From contig JAZRFS010000033.1 of assembly GCA_045643765.1 (NCBI GenBank), forward strand, positions 1-40,248: a DNA stretch of 40,248 nucleotides. The letters are read 5' to 3'. Positions 17,945 to 27,609 of this stretch are shown piece after piece. The position numbers and the translations under genes were made by a program. Each line of letters starts with the position of its first letter. Position 1 is the stretch's first letter. The DNA is from Eubacteriales bacterium. Lineage in GTDB: Bacteria; Bacillota; Clostridia; Oscillospirales; CAG-272. The notes under the pieces were generated by a model. That model was not told the DNA's origin. It worked only from the letters and a program-made list of their open reading frames with translations, and made no database searches.

Positions 17945-18910
17945 GTGCAAGAAAAACCGAAAATCCTTGCCGTTGTCGGCCCCACGGCAAGCGGCAAGAC
18001 CTCCCTTGCCGTCGAGCTTGCGCTGCGCCTTGGGGGTGAGATCATTTGCTGTGATTCGATGCAGATCTACCGTGAAATGAGCATCGGCACCGCAAAGGCT
18101 ACCGAGGAAGAAAAGCGCGGTGTGATACATCATCTTTTTGACATCAAAAATCCCGACGAGCCCTTCTCTGCACAGGAATACGTCACCCTTGCCGAAGCGG
18201 CGGTGGCGGATATCCTTTCCCGCGGAAGGCTGCCCATCTTTTGTGGCGGCACGGGGTTGTATCTGGATGCTTTTTTGCGTGGCGGTATGCCCGAAACTCC
18301 GGGTGCCGATCCCGTCTTGCGCGCAGAGCTTGCCGCTTTTGCCGAGGCGCACGGTGCCGAGGCATTGCACGCACAGCTTGTCGCCGTTGACCCCGAAAGC
18401 GCCGCCCTTTCGCACCCGAACAATCTGCGCCGCGTGATCCGCGCGCTGGAGATTTACCGCCTCACCGGTGTACCGAAATCCGAATGGGACCGCCGCTCCA
18501 AGGAGCTTCCCGTGCGCTATAATGCCGCCGTGCTCGGACTTATATTTGCCGACCGCGCACTGCTTTACGACCGCATTGAGCGCCGCGTGGATATGATGCT
18601 GGCTGACGGACTTCTGGAAGAAACCCGCGCGCTGTTGGACGCGGGTGTTTTTGAACGTTCACCCACCGCCGCTGCCGCCATCGGCTATAAGGAGCTTTTG
18701 CCCTATTTGCGCGGCGAGTGCTCGCTTGCGGACGCCGTGACCGAGCTGAAAACCGCCACCCGCCGCTATGCCAAGCGCCAGTTGACGTGGTTTTGCGCCA
18801 AGGAATATGTGCGCCCCCTTGTGATGGACGGAGAAAACGGGATGCTCAAAAGTGAACAAATTGTAAATAATTCGCGCGCACTCGCCGAAGGCGCGTGGGA
18901 TATGTTATAA
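17945..18910 (+). CDS. miaA: tRNA dimethylallyltransferase
   Basis: GTG start. P-loop VVGPTASGKTS, DSMQIYREMSIGTAK and AKRQLTWF are present. Confidence 0.93.
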   Translation: MQEKPKILAVVGPTASGKTSLAVELALRLGGEIICCDSMQIYREMSIGTAKATEEEKRGVIHHLFDIKNPDEPFSAQEYVTLAEAAVADILSRGRLPIFCGGTGLYLDAFLRGGMPETPGADPVLRAELAAFAEAHGAEALHAQLVAVDPESAALSHPNNLRRVIRALEIYRLTGVPKSEWDRRSKELPVRYNAAVLGLIFADRALLYDRIERRVDMMLADGLLEETRALLDAGVFERSPTAAAAIGYKELLPYLRGECSLADAVTELKTATRRYAKRQLTWFCAKEYVRPLVMDGENGMLKSEQIVNNSRALAEGAWDML

Positions 18911-18976
18911 TTAAAAATAATTTATTTTTTCGCGCGCGAATGCTCACGCGTGCAAGAAGGGGCGGAGGTGAAGGGC

Positions 18977-20164
18977 ATGCAAAAAACCACGGGCAAACGT
19001 CTGGCGTTTGAAATACTGCTTGCGCTGTTCCTGGTCGTTTTGCTGATCGCCATTCTCGTCACCGAGCTTTCCCGCGCAAGCGAAGCCTATTTTTACGAGC
19101 GTGCCGAGCTTGCGACCTACACGCAAACCGACGCATTGACAGGATACGTTTTCCGCGAAGAAATTGCTGCCAACACCTTAAACAACGGCCCCATTGATTA
19201 TCGGGTCGGGGACGCAGTCCACGTGCAAAAGGACGCGGATAACGTGCTGGCATACGTATACCGCGACGACGAGGGTACGGATAAGCGCGAGCGCGCCGCC
19301 GCCCTGTATGCACAGATCACAGAGCTGGAGACAGCGCTTGCTCTTTCCGACAGCTCAGAGTGGAAAAGCGCCTACATTGCAGACTACACCACGCTGATGC
19401 GCGAGCTGAGCGCAGGCGACCTTTCCGGCGCTCTTGCGCCCGCGCAAGGAACCGCCGCCGCACTTGGCGGGCAGGATGCCGAAAAAAAGGCGGATGCCAT
19501 TCGTGCGAGGATCGACGCATTGCAAAAGGAGCTGACCGATCTCACCAAGGACACCGGCGCGCCGCTCCCCACTCCGGTACCGGAGGACGGCACCTTCTAC
19601 CGTACCGCCGACGGCTACGAGGCACTGTTCGGCATCAATCAGATCGAGCACCTTACCCCCGCCACGTTACACACGTTGCTGGCAGCATCTCCGAAGCTGG
19701 ATAACGTGATCGGCAAGCTGGTTCTGAACGGTCCGTGGTACTTCGCCGTACCGGTAAAGCGCCCCCTTGCCGAAACATACACGCAAGGAAGCACTTACCC
19801 CGTTCACTTTGCAAACGGAAGCATAACGATGACGCTGGATCGCATCTATATCGACGAAACCGAAAGCGCGCTGCTGATCTTCCGCGGCGAGGAAAGCCCC
19901 GCCTGGCTCTCTCCCGCGCGCAAGCAAAGCGTGCGCGTGGAAAAGGCGCGCATCACGGGGATTGCCATTCCCGCAGACGCCCTCTCGCAGGACAACACGC
20001 TTTTCGTGCTGCAGGACGGTGTGGCGCGTCAAAAGCAGGTGACCCCCTTGCTTTGCGAGCAGGGTTGTGTACTGATCGCCCCCGATGGGCAGAACGGTCT
20101 TGCTGCAGGTGAGCGCGTGATCGTCAGCGCCAAACAGCTTTTTGACGGGAAGGTGTTAGAGTGA
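18977..20164 (+). CDS. Membrane-anchored HlyD-like (barrel-sandwich / coiled-coil) protein
   Basis: The ATG at 18977 lies 6 nt after GGAGGTG. The product has one N-terminal TM helix, Ala/Leu/Glu-rich coiled-coil stretches and a beta-rich C-terminus. No cognate pump gene is adjacent. Confidence 0.6.
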   Translation: MQKTTGKRLAFEILLALFLVVLLIAILVTELSRASEAYFYERAELATYTQTDALTGYVFREEIAANTLNNGPIDYRVGDAVHVQKDADNVLAYVYRDDEGTDKRERAAALYAQITELETALALSDSSEWKSAYIADYTTLMRELSAGDLSGALAPAQGTAAALGGQDAEKKADAIRARIDALQKELTDLTKDTGAPLPTPVPEDGTFYRTADGYEALFGINQIEHLTPATLHTLLAASPKLDNVIGKLVLNGPWYFAVPVKRPLAETYTQGSTYPVHFANGSITMTLDRIYIDETESALLIFRGEESPAWLSPARKQSVRVEKARITGIAIPADALSQDNTLFVLQDGVARQKQVTPLLCEQGCVLIAPDGQNGLAAGERVIVSAKQLFDGKVLE

Positions 20165-20865
20165 TGCAATACATAAAGGATAATCTTTGCGCCGTGCGCT
20201 CAGAGCTGTCAGCCGCCGCAAAGGAGGCTCCGCAAAAGGACTGCCGTATGCTGGTCGCGGTGAAATACGCCGTCCCCGGCGAGATCGAGGCGCTCCTGGA
20301 TGCGGGTGTGACCGACGTGGGAGAAAACCGCGTCCAGCAGCTGCTGGACAATGCGCCGCTCTACGCCGCGCGCGACGTGCGCGTGCATTTCATCGGCACC
20401 CTACAAACAAACAAGGTCAAATACATAGCCGACAAGGTGGATATGATCCACTCGCTTGACAGCGAAAAGCTGGCAAAGGAAATTGAAAAGCGCGCCGCCG
20501 CGTGCGGTCGCGTGATCGACGTGCTGGTGGAGATCAACGTGGCGCGCGAGGAAGCCAAAACGGGCGTGATGCCCGAGGACGCCGAGGCGCTTTGCCGCAC
20601 GGTGCTTGCCCTTCCCCATCTGCGCCTTTGCGGCTTTATGACGATGGGTCCCATCCTTGACGGTGAGGACGCCTATCGCGCCTATTTCAAAAAGACCGTT
20701 GCACTGGGCAACGAGCTCTGGCACACCCTTTCGTTAAAGGATGCTCCTCTTTTTTCAATGGGAATGTCACAAAGCTTTATTGCCGCCGTCAAGGAAGGCG
20801 CCGATTTCGTGCGCGTGGGACGGCGACTGTTTGCGGGACGCCCCGCCCCCGAAAGTGAAAATTAA
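20164..20865 (+). CDS. yggS: YggS/YlmE-family PLP-binding protein
   Basis: TGATG overlap with the upstream gene. LVAVKY (PLP lysine), GENRVQ, HFIGTLQTNKVK and SMGMSQ are present. Confidence 0.9.
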   Translation: MQYIKDNLCAVRSELSAAAKEAPQKDCRMLVAVKYAVPGEIEALLDAGVTDVGENRVQQLLDNAPLYAARDVRVHFIGTLQTNKVKYIADKVDMIHSLDSEKLAKEIEKRAAACGRVIDVLVEINVAREEAKTGVMPEDAEALCRTVLALPHLRLCGFMTMGPILDGEDAYRAYFKKTVALGNELWHTLSLKDAPLFSMGMSQSFIAAVKEGADFVRVGRRLFAGRPAPESEN

Positions 20866-20899
20866 TCAAATTCATATATGCAGAAAGGAAGGTACTACA

Positions 20900-21340
20900 A
20901 TGGGTATTTTCAGCAAAAAGCCGAGAGATAACTACAATGACGACAATTTCGACAACGATTTTTACCGCGGTCCCGAGGATGAGGACGGCGTGATCGCTGA
21001 TGACGAGGATGAGGATCTGATCCCGCCCGTTCCCACCACGCCCAAAAAGAGCTCCCCCGCGGGCTCCGGCGCGTGGAAGGTATTGAAGCCCCATAACGCA
21101 CAGGACGGTCTGATCATCGCCGACTATCTGATGAACGGCTGCACGGTCGTGATGAACATTGAGGAGATCGACCGCAACACCACCGTACGCCTGCTTGACT
21201 TCCTGATGGGCGCCACTCACGTGTTGGACGGCGAGCTGCGTCAGGTTTCCCAAAGCACCTTTGTCATCTCCCCGCGCAAGGGTGAGATCACCGAGGACGG
21301 CGAGATCGCACATAAGACCGAAAACGACGACTATCGCTGA
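20900..21340 (+). CDS. sepF: Cell division protein SepF
   Basis: Start at MGIFSKK (AAAGGAAGG RBS). An acidic linker is followed by the conserved core VLKPHN..DGLIIADYL..G..VVMNIEEID...RLLDFL.G. Confidence 0.88.
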   Translation: MGIFSKKPRDNYNDDNFDNDFYRGPEDEDGVIADDEDEDLIPPVPTTPKKSSPAGSGAWKVLKPHNAQDGLIIADYLMNGCTVVMNIEEIDRNTTVRLLDFLMGATHVLDGELRQVSQSTFVISPRKGEITEDGEIAHKTENDDYR

Positions 21341-21354
21341 TCGGAGGATCTGCC

Positions 21355-21633
21355 GTGAGGATCGCCCTTGCTATCCTTGGCAACACCGTTACGGTGCTGC
21401 TTTCCTTCATCCAGATCTGCATGTTTGTGCGTGCGATACTGTCCTGGTTTCCCATTCGGGACGACAATCCGATATTACGCTTCGTCTGTATGGTAACCGA
21501 GCCGCTGATCGCCCCGATCCGCGCACTGTTTGACCGCATGGGCTGGTTCCGGAATTTTCCGCTCGACATGTCCTTTCTCGCGGCATTCCTTTTGCTTTCC
21601 TTTGTAAGCGGTATGCTGGGAGTAGCATTATGA
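21355..21633 (+). CDS. yggT: YggT-family membrane protein
   Basis: 92 aa, GTG start. The RAILSWFP...P motif is typical of YggT/YlmG. Confidence 0.85.
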   Translation: MRIALAILGNTVTVLLSFIQICMFVRAILSWFPIRDDNPILRFVCMVTEPLIAPIRALFDRMGWFRNFPLDMSFLAAFLLLSFVSGMLGVAL

Positions 21634-22409
21634 GTGTGGATACACGCTTGCTTGCCCGCGCCGAGGAGCTGCTCTCCCGCGCAAGGCTCGGCGAGATCAC
21701 CTATACCGCGTTTCTCACCCCCGCCGAGCAGCATACGCTCCTTCGCGCGATGCCGTGGGCGAAAAACGAGATGCGCACAGACGGTGGCTACCCTGCCGCC
21801 GAGCGGGCAAGAATATTCTTTCTTCCGCCCTATCTTTTGGATATGGAGGAAGAAACGCTTGGTGAATGCCTTGCCGACACACGCGAGGAATGCCTGATCC
21901 CCCTTGAGATCAAGGGCAGCGGCTTTCGCGAGCTGCGTCACAAGGACTATCTTGGTGCAGTATTGAACCTTGGCATCGAGCGCGATGCCCTTGGCGATCT
22001 GTGCGTCACGGACGCGCACACGGCGGTGCTGTTTTGCGACCGCGTGATGGAAAGATTTCTTGCAGAAAACCTCTCCCGCGTGGCAAACGATGCCGTACGC
22101 ATTTCCCGCGCAACGCTTCCCGAAAATTTTGACGGTGGCAGAAAATTCCAGCAGATCTCGGACACGGTGGCATCCCCCCGTGCCGACAGCGTGATCGCCG
22201 CACTGGCAAACCTCTCCCGTGAAAAAGCGCAAGCGCTTTTCCGAGAGGGACTTGTCGAGATCGACTACGAGCCCACTGAGAAAACCGACCAACAGCTGGA
22301 AGCACCTTGCGTGATCGTGATCCGCGGCAAGGGAAAATTTATCATACGCTCACTTTCCGAGCAAACCAAAAAGGGCCGCATCCGTTTGCTGGCCGACAAA
22401 TACCTGTAA
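21630..22409 (+). CDS. YlmH-like RNA-binding (S4 domain) protein
   Basis: ATGA overlap with yggT. 259 aa with a C-terminal S4-like segment, RADSVIAALANLSREKAQALFREGLVEIDY. The synteny yggS-sepF-yggT-ylmH is conserved. Confidence 0.8.
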   Translation: MSVDTRLLARAEELLSRARLGEITYTAFLTPAEQHTLLRAMPWAKNEMRTDGGYPAAERARIFFLPPYLLDMEEETLGECLADTREECLIPLEIKGSGFRELRHKDYLGAVLNLGIERDALGDLCVTDAHTAVLFCDRVMERFLAENLSRVANDAVRISRATLPENFDGGRKFQQISDTVASPRADSVIAALANLSREKAQALFREGLVEIDYEPTEKTDQQLEAPCVIVIRGKGKFIIRSLSEQTKKGRIRLLADKYL

Positions 22410-22450
22410 ATAATTTGCCGAGCGATCGGCTGACATAGGAGTACAAAACA

Positions 22451-25240
22451 ATGGCTAAAGATTACAGCGCATCACTCAATCTTCCGAACACCACATTCGC
22501 CATGCGTGCCGAGCTGCCCAAGCGCGAGCCGGATATGCTGAAATACTGGCAGGAGATGGACCTTTACAACAGCATGCTGAAGAACGCGGCAGACAAGCCC
22601 CTTTTCGTGCTGCACGACGGCCCTCCCTTCTCCAACGGCAATATCCACATGGGACACGCCCTGAACAAAATCCTCAAGGACTTCATCAACAAGTCCCACG
22701 TGATGATGGGCTACAAGGTGCCCTTCATTCCCGGCTGGGATAACCACGGCATGCCCATTGAGAGCGCCATCATCAAGAAGAACAAGCTTGACCACAAGAA
22801 GATGTCGGTTTCCGACTTCCGTTCTGCGTGCGAGGGCTTTGCACAGAACTTCATCGACATTCAGCGCGAGCAGTTCCAGCGTCTGGGCATCACCGCCGAC
22901 TGGGAGCATCCTTATGCCACGATGACGCCCGGCTTCGAGGCGCGCGAGGTAAAAGTGTTCGGCGAGATGTACCGCCGCGGCTACATCTACAAGGGCATGA
23001 AGCCCGTGTACTGGTGCCCCAAGGACGAAACCGCACTTGCCGAGGCGGAGATCGAGTACAAGACCGATCCCTGCACCTCGATCTACGTGAAATTCCGCGT
23101 CAAGAACGATCAGGGCAAGCTGGCGAATATCTGTGATCTTTCCAAGACCTATTTCGTCATCTGGACGACCACGACCTGGACGCTGCCCGGCAACCAGCTG
23201 ATCACCCTGTCCCCCGTGGACGACTACGTGATCGCACCCCCCGAGAAGGGCGAGTGCTACATCGTTGCCGAGGCGCTTTGCGCCAAGGTGATGGCAGACG
23301 GCGGCATCGAGAATTATGAGGTGCTTACCACGATGAAGGGCACCGATCTTGAGTACATGACCGCACAGCACCCCTTCCTGGACCGCGAATCTCTGATCGC
23401 GGTTGCAGACTACGTCACGATGGATGCCGGTACCGGCTGCGTGCATACCGCAGGCGGCTTCGGTGCGGACGACTACGTGACCAGCCGCCGCTATAACGTG
23501 GACGTGATCGTCCCCGTGGACGACCGCGGCTACCAGACCGCTGAGGCAGGCAAGTTTGCCGGCCTTCGCTACGATCAGTCCAACGTCGCCATTCTGGAGG
23601 ACCTGAAGGAAAGCGGCGCGCTGTTCGGCTCTAAGGATTTCGAGCACGAGTATCCGCACTGCTGGCGCTGCAAGTCCCCCATCATCTTCCGCGCGACCTC
23701 TCAGTGGTTCTGCTCGGTAGACGCCTACAAGGACGACGCCGTCAAGGCGTGCGAAAACGTGCGCTGGCTCCCCGCTTGGGGCGGCGAGCGCATGGTACAG
23801 ATGATCCGCGAGCGCGCCGACTGGTGCATTTCCCGTCAGCGTAAGTGGGGTCTGCCCATTCCCGTATTCTACTGCGAGGATTGCGGCGAGGTCATCTGTG
23901 ACGAGGCAACCATCGACAGCGTTTCCGCCATCTTCGGCGAGAAGGGCTCGAACGCCTGGTTCGATCTTGACGCCAAGGACCTGCTTCCCGCAGGCTACGT
24001 CTGCCCCAAGTGCGGCAAGACGCACTTCCAGAAGGAGCAGAGCACGCTGGACGGCTGGTTCGACTCCGGCTCTACGCACTTCGGTGTGCTTGCTGAGAAC
24101 GAGTGGCCCGCAGACGTGTATCTCGAGGGTGCCGACCAGTACCGCGGTTGGTTCCAGTCCTCTCTGCTCACCGCCGTCGGCTCGACGGGCAAGGCAGAGG
24201 CGCCCTTCAAGACCGTCCTCACCCACGGTTGGGTGGTAGACGGCGAGGGTCGCGCGATGCACAAGTCGCTCGGCAACGGCGTTGATCCCCTGGATATGAT
24301 CAAGAAGTACGGCGCAGACCTTGTACGTCTGTGGGTCGCTTCCGCCGATTACCGCGTGGACGTGCGCTGCTCGGACAACATCTTCAAGCAGCTCTCGGAC
24401 GCGTACCGCAAGATCCGTAACACCTGCCGCTTCCTGCTTGCCGACCTTTACGACTTCAATCCCGACACAGATGCCGTGCCAATGAACGAGCTGACCGGTA
24501 TCGACGCCTGGATCGTTGCCGAGATGAACAAGCTGGTGAAGAACGCACGCGAGGCGTACAACGACTTCGAGTTCCACGTGATCTACCACGACCTGAACGA
24601 CTTCTGCACCATTCAGCTTTCCAAGCTGTATATCGACATCACCAAGGACCGCGTCTATGCCGAGGGTGCCGCCTCCTGCGAGCGCCGCGCCGCACAGACC
24701 GCGATGTACTATATCGTCAGCACCATGACGCGCCTGATGGCACCCCTGCTCTCCTTCACCGCAGAGGAGATCTGGCAGGCGATGCCCCACAAGGCAAGCG
24801 ACAAGACCGAGAGCATCTTCCTCAACGAGATGCCCGCTTTTGACGAGGCACTTTGCTTTGCCGACACCGCCGCGCGCTTTGACGAGCTGTTCGCTCTGCG
24901 CGACTACGTGATGAAGGCACTGGAGCTGGCGCGTGCCGAAAAGCGCATCGGCAAGTCGCTGGACGCTAAGGTTACGGTTTACGCAACGGATGCCGCATTT
25001 GACGTGCTGAAGGCATTTGAAAGCGAGCTTCCCACCCTGTTCATCGTTTCTCAGGTGGCACTGGAAAACACCGCCGCTCCTGAGGGTGTGATCACCGAGG
25101 AGGGTGCGCCCATCGCCGTGGCAGTAGACGCCGCCGAGGGCGAGAAGTGCGACCGCTGCTGGAACTACACCACCGACGCCTTCCACGATGGCGAGGAAGG
25201 GTGCCTGTGCCCCCGTTGCCGCCGCGTGCTTGGCCTTTGA
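22451..25240 (+). CDS. ileS: Isoleucine--tRNA ligase (type 1)
   Basis: 929 aa with the HIGH-type motif PFSNGNIHMGHALNK, the KMSKS-type motif AMHKSLGNG and a C-terminal zinc motif CDRCWNY...CPRC. Confidence 0.97.
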   Translation: MAKDYSASLNLPNTTFAMRAELPKREPDMLKYWQEMDLYNSMLKNAADKPLFVLHDGPPFSNGNIHMGHALNKILKDFINKSHVMMGYKVPFIPGWDNHGMPIESAIIKKNKLDHKKMSVSDFRSACEGFAQNFIDIQREQFQRLGITADWEHPYATMTPGFEAREVKVFGEMYRRGYIYKGMKPVYWCPKDETALAEAEIEYKTDPCTSIYVKFRVKNDQGKLANICDLSKTYFVIWTTTTWTLPGNQLITLSPVDDYVIAPPEKGECYIVAEALCAKVMADGGIENYEVLTTMKGTDLEYMTAQHPFLDRESLIAVADYVTMDAGTGCVHTAGGFGADDYVTSRRYNVDVIVPVDDRGYQTAEAGKFAGLRYDQSNVAILEDLKESGALFGSKDFEHEYPHCWRCKSPIIFRATSQWFCSVDAYKDDAVKACENVRWLPAWGGERMVQMIRERADWCISRQRKWGLPIPVFYCEDCGEVICDEATIDSVSAIFGEKGSNAWFDLDAKDLLPAGYVCPKCGKTHFQKEQSTLDGWFDSGSTHFGVLAENEWPADVYLEGADQYRGWFQSSLLTAVGSTGKAEAPFKTVLTHGWVVDGEGRAMHKSLGNGVDPLDMIKKYGADLVRLWVASADYRVDVRCSDNIFKQLSDAYRKIRNTCRFLLADLYDFNPDTDAVPMNELTGIDAWIVAEMNKLVKNAREAYNDFEFHVIYHDLNDFCTIQLSKLYIDITKDRVYAEGAASCERRAAQTAMYYIVSTMTRLMAPLLSFTAEEIWQAMPHKASDKTESIFLNEMPAFDEALCFADTAARFDELFALRDYVMKALELARAEKRIGKSLDAKVTVYATDAAFDVLKAFESELPTLFIVSQVALENTAAPEGVITEEGAPIAVAVDAAEGEKCDRCWNYTTDAFHDGEEGCLCPRCRRVLGL

Positions 25241-25261
25241 TCTTGCATTAAGATAATTTTC

Positions 25262-25296
25262 TGCCGCAAGTGCCCTTTGTGGCACTTGCGGCATTT
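25262..25296 (+). terminator. Hairpin after ileS (weak terminator or partial read-through site)
   Basis: TGCCGCAAGTGCC-CTTTGT-GGCACTTGCGGCA followed only by TTTTA. lspA starts 15 nt later. Confidence 0.5.
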
Positions 25297-25310
25297 TACA
25301 AGGAGTAACT

Positions 25311-25823
25311 ATGTGGATTATTCCCTTTGCCGCGATCGCGCTTGGCGTGATCGCACTGGATCAGGTCAGCAAGATCCTGATCCTGAATTTCCTCTATGAG
25401 GATCAAGTTGAACTGATCCCGGGCATACTGCGCTTCACCTACGTGGAAAACCGCGGTATGGCCTTCGGGCTTCTTTCCGACCACCGTTGGGTGTTTATGC
25501 TGCTTTCCGTGATCGGTATCGCGCTGATCGGCGCGTATATGTGGTTTTACGTCAAGGACCGCCTCGGGCGCATCGCGCTCTCGCTGATCATCGGCGGCGG
25601 CATCGGCAATATGATCGACCGCGTGGCGTACGGCTTCGTGGTGGATTTCATCGACTTCTGCGCGTTTGATTTCTGGGTATGGGTATTCAATATCGCAGAC
25701 AGCGCCGTTTGTATCGGCGCGGGACTGTTTATGCTCTATATCATTCTGGATACGGTCAAGGAATTCAAAAAGCAAAAAGCGGAGAAAAATAAGAAGGAGA
25801 ACGAGCATGCCGACCATTCTTAA
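25311..25823 (+). CDS. lspA: Lipoprotein signal peptidase (SPase II)
   Basis: NRGMAFG, GGGIGNMIDR, VVDFIDF and FNIADS are present, with four TM segments. Confidence 0.93.
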   Translation: MWIIPFAAIALGVIALDQVSKILILNFLYEDQVELIPGILRFTYVENRGMAFGLLSDHRWVFMLLSVIGIALIGAYMWFYVKDRLGRIALSLIIGGGIGNMIDRVAYGFVVDFIDFCAFDFWVWVFNIADSAVCIGAGLFMLYIILDTVKEFKKQKAEKNKKENEHADHS

Positions 25824-26754
25824 CGCCATCGCAAGCGAAGCGGATATCGGCACGCGTCTGGATGCCTTTCTTGCCGCCAAATTTGACATTTCCCGCTCCG
25901 CCGCCGAGAGATTGCTTGGTGAGGGTGCTGTGGAGATCGTGGGCGGCGAGGCGAACAAAAAATACCGCGTGAGGGGCGGCGAGCAAGTAACGCTTACGCT
26001 CCCCGATCCCACCCCTGCCGAGGCGATGCCCGAGGATATTCCCTTGGATATCGTCTTTGAGGACGAGGACATCGTGGTCGTAAACAAGCCCGAGGGGATG
26101 GTGGTTCATCCCGCGGCGGGAAACGAGAGCGGCACACTGGTCAACGCGCTTTTGCACCACTGCAAGGGCTCTCTTTCCGGCGTGGGGGGCGTAGAGCGCC
26201 CCGGCATCGTCCACCGCATTGACAAGGACACCTCGGGACTTCTGGTGGTGGCAAAAAACGATGCCGCGCACAACCACCTTTCCGCACAGCTGAAAACACA
26301 TGACGTAGCGCGCGTGTACTTTGCGATCGCGCTTGGTAATTTCAAAGAGGATAGCGGCACGGTACACGCCGCCATCGACCGCCACCCCACCGACCGCAAG
26401 AAAATGGCGATCGTCAAAAAAGCGGGCGCGGGGCGGGATGCCATCACCCACTATGAGGTGCTGGAGCGCTTCGGCGGCTTCACACTGCTTCGCTGCAAGC
26501 TGGAAACGGGGCGCACGCATCAGATCCGCGTGCATATGGCTTCGCTGGGGCATCCTTTGCTCGGCGATCCCGTTTACGGCGGAAACGGTACGAGATTTGA
26601 GGCAGATCACCGCAAGTATATCCACGGTCAGGTCTTACACGCCGGAGAGCTGACGCTGACCCATCCGCGCACCGAAGCGCAGATGCACTTTGAGGCACCT
26701 CTGCCCGAAAATTTTGCCGCGTTGCTTGATATTTTGCGCCGTCTTTGTCTGTGA
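25807..26754 (+). CDS. rluD: RluA-family 23S rRNA pseudouridine synthase (RluD type)
   Basis: Start at MPTILNAI, overlapping lspA by 17 nt. An N-terminal S4 domain, the catalytic block VHRIDKDTSGLLVVAK and GRTHQIRVH are present. Confidence 0.9.
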   Translation: MPTILNAIASEADIGTRLDAFLAAKFDISRSAAERLLGEGAVEIVGGEANKKYRVRGGEQVTLTLPDPTPAEAMPEDIPLDIVFEDEDIVVVNKPEGMVVHPAAGNESGTLVNALLHHCKGSLSGVGGVERPGIVHRIDKDTSGLLVVAKNDAAHNHLSAQLKTHDVARVYFAIALGNFKEDSGTVHAAIDRHPTDRKKMAIVKKAGAGRDAITHYEVLERFGGFTLLRCKLETGRTHQIRVHMASLGHPLLGDPVYGGNGTRFEADHRKYIHGQVLHAGELTLTHPRTEAQMHFEAPLPENFAALLDILRRLCL

Positions 26755-26762
26755 GGTGTACC

Positions 26763-27599
26763 ATGACGGATTTTTCCGATTTTCTGATCGCCTCCGACCT
26801 GGACGGCACCTTTTTGTGGAACGGTACCATAAGTCCCCGTAACCTGGAAGCACTGGAGCGCTTTCGCGCAGGTGGGGGCATCTTTACCCTTGCAACAGGT
26901 AGGGCGCACCTGAATTTGCGCTCCGCCGTAGGAGAGCCAGCGCGGCTGCTCAACGCCCCCGCCATCTGCGACAACGGGGCTTATCTGTACGATTTCCGAA
27001 AAAAGCAAAGCTTACAGCAGGATCTGATCCGCGCCGAGGACGCAAAGGACCTGATCGCGTTTGCCAAGTCGCGCTTCCCCGACGTGCGCTTCAGCGTTTC
27101 CGCCGTTTCCTCGATCCGTTCTGAGGAAAATGCAGGTTGTGTGGCAAGGGATATGCTGACCTATGACACGGAGGCGATTTGCATCTGCCCCGCAGACACG
27201 TGGCCGACGGACGACTGGTACAAATTTTTGTTTCTGGACGAAACGCCCCGCTTACAGGAGGTGCGTGCGGCACTGGCGGCACACTTTGGAGACCGTTTGC
27301 TGCCCACCTGCTCCAGCAGCTGGATCTTAGAGATGCAATACCCCCACATCACCAAGGCGCTTGGTCTGCAAAAGCTGAAAAAGTGCCTTGACGGGGCAAA
27401 AAAACGCACTGTGATCGCGTGCGGAGATTACGAAAACGATATGGAGATGCTGAAGGCGGCTGACGTTGCCGTAGCCCCTGACAACGCGCTGGACGAGGTC
27501 AAGTCACTTGCCGACCACGTGCTTTGCCATTGTAAGGACGGGCTGATCGCGGACGTGATCGAAGCCATTGAGCGCGGCGAGATCAAAGCGCGCACATAA
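26763..27599 (+). CDS. HAD-IIB (Cof-type) phosphatase, paralogue 1
   Basis: Motif I reads FLIASDLDGTF, and the C-terminal block reads ACGDYENDMEML. The start codon choice is moderately uncertain. Confidence 0.8.
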   Translation: MTDFSDFLIASDLDGTFLWNGTISPRNLEALERFRAGGGIFTLATGRAHLNLRSAVGEPARLLNAPAICDNGAYLYDFRKKQSLQQDLIRAEDAKDLIAFAKSRFPDVRFSVSAVSSIRSEENAGCVARDMLTYDTEAICICPADTWPTDDWYKFLFLDETPRLQEVRAALAAHFGDRLLPTCSSSWILEMQYPHITKALGLQKLKKCLDGAKKRTVIACGDYENDMEMLKAADVAVAPDNALDEVKSLADHVLCHCKDGLIADVIEAIERGEIKART

Positions 27600-27609
27600 G
27601 GAGATGCCT

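Noticed and set aside
21385-21402. Motif-like strings inside coding regions: ACACCGTTACGGTGCTG here, CTACCGTTTTGGCACT at about 10257, CCGTTACGGCACGG at about 1815, and GCGGCAAACGGTATTGA at about 2054.
   Set aside because: Each matches the motif only partially, sits inside a conserved ORF and has mixed orientation. They were not counted as members of the repeat family.
22410-22450. Looked for a T-box leader upstream of ileS.
   Set aside because: Only 41 nt separate the ylmH-like stop from the ileS start. That is too short for a T-box, and no specifier or T-box sequence was seen.
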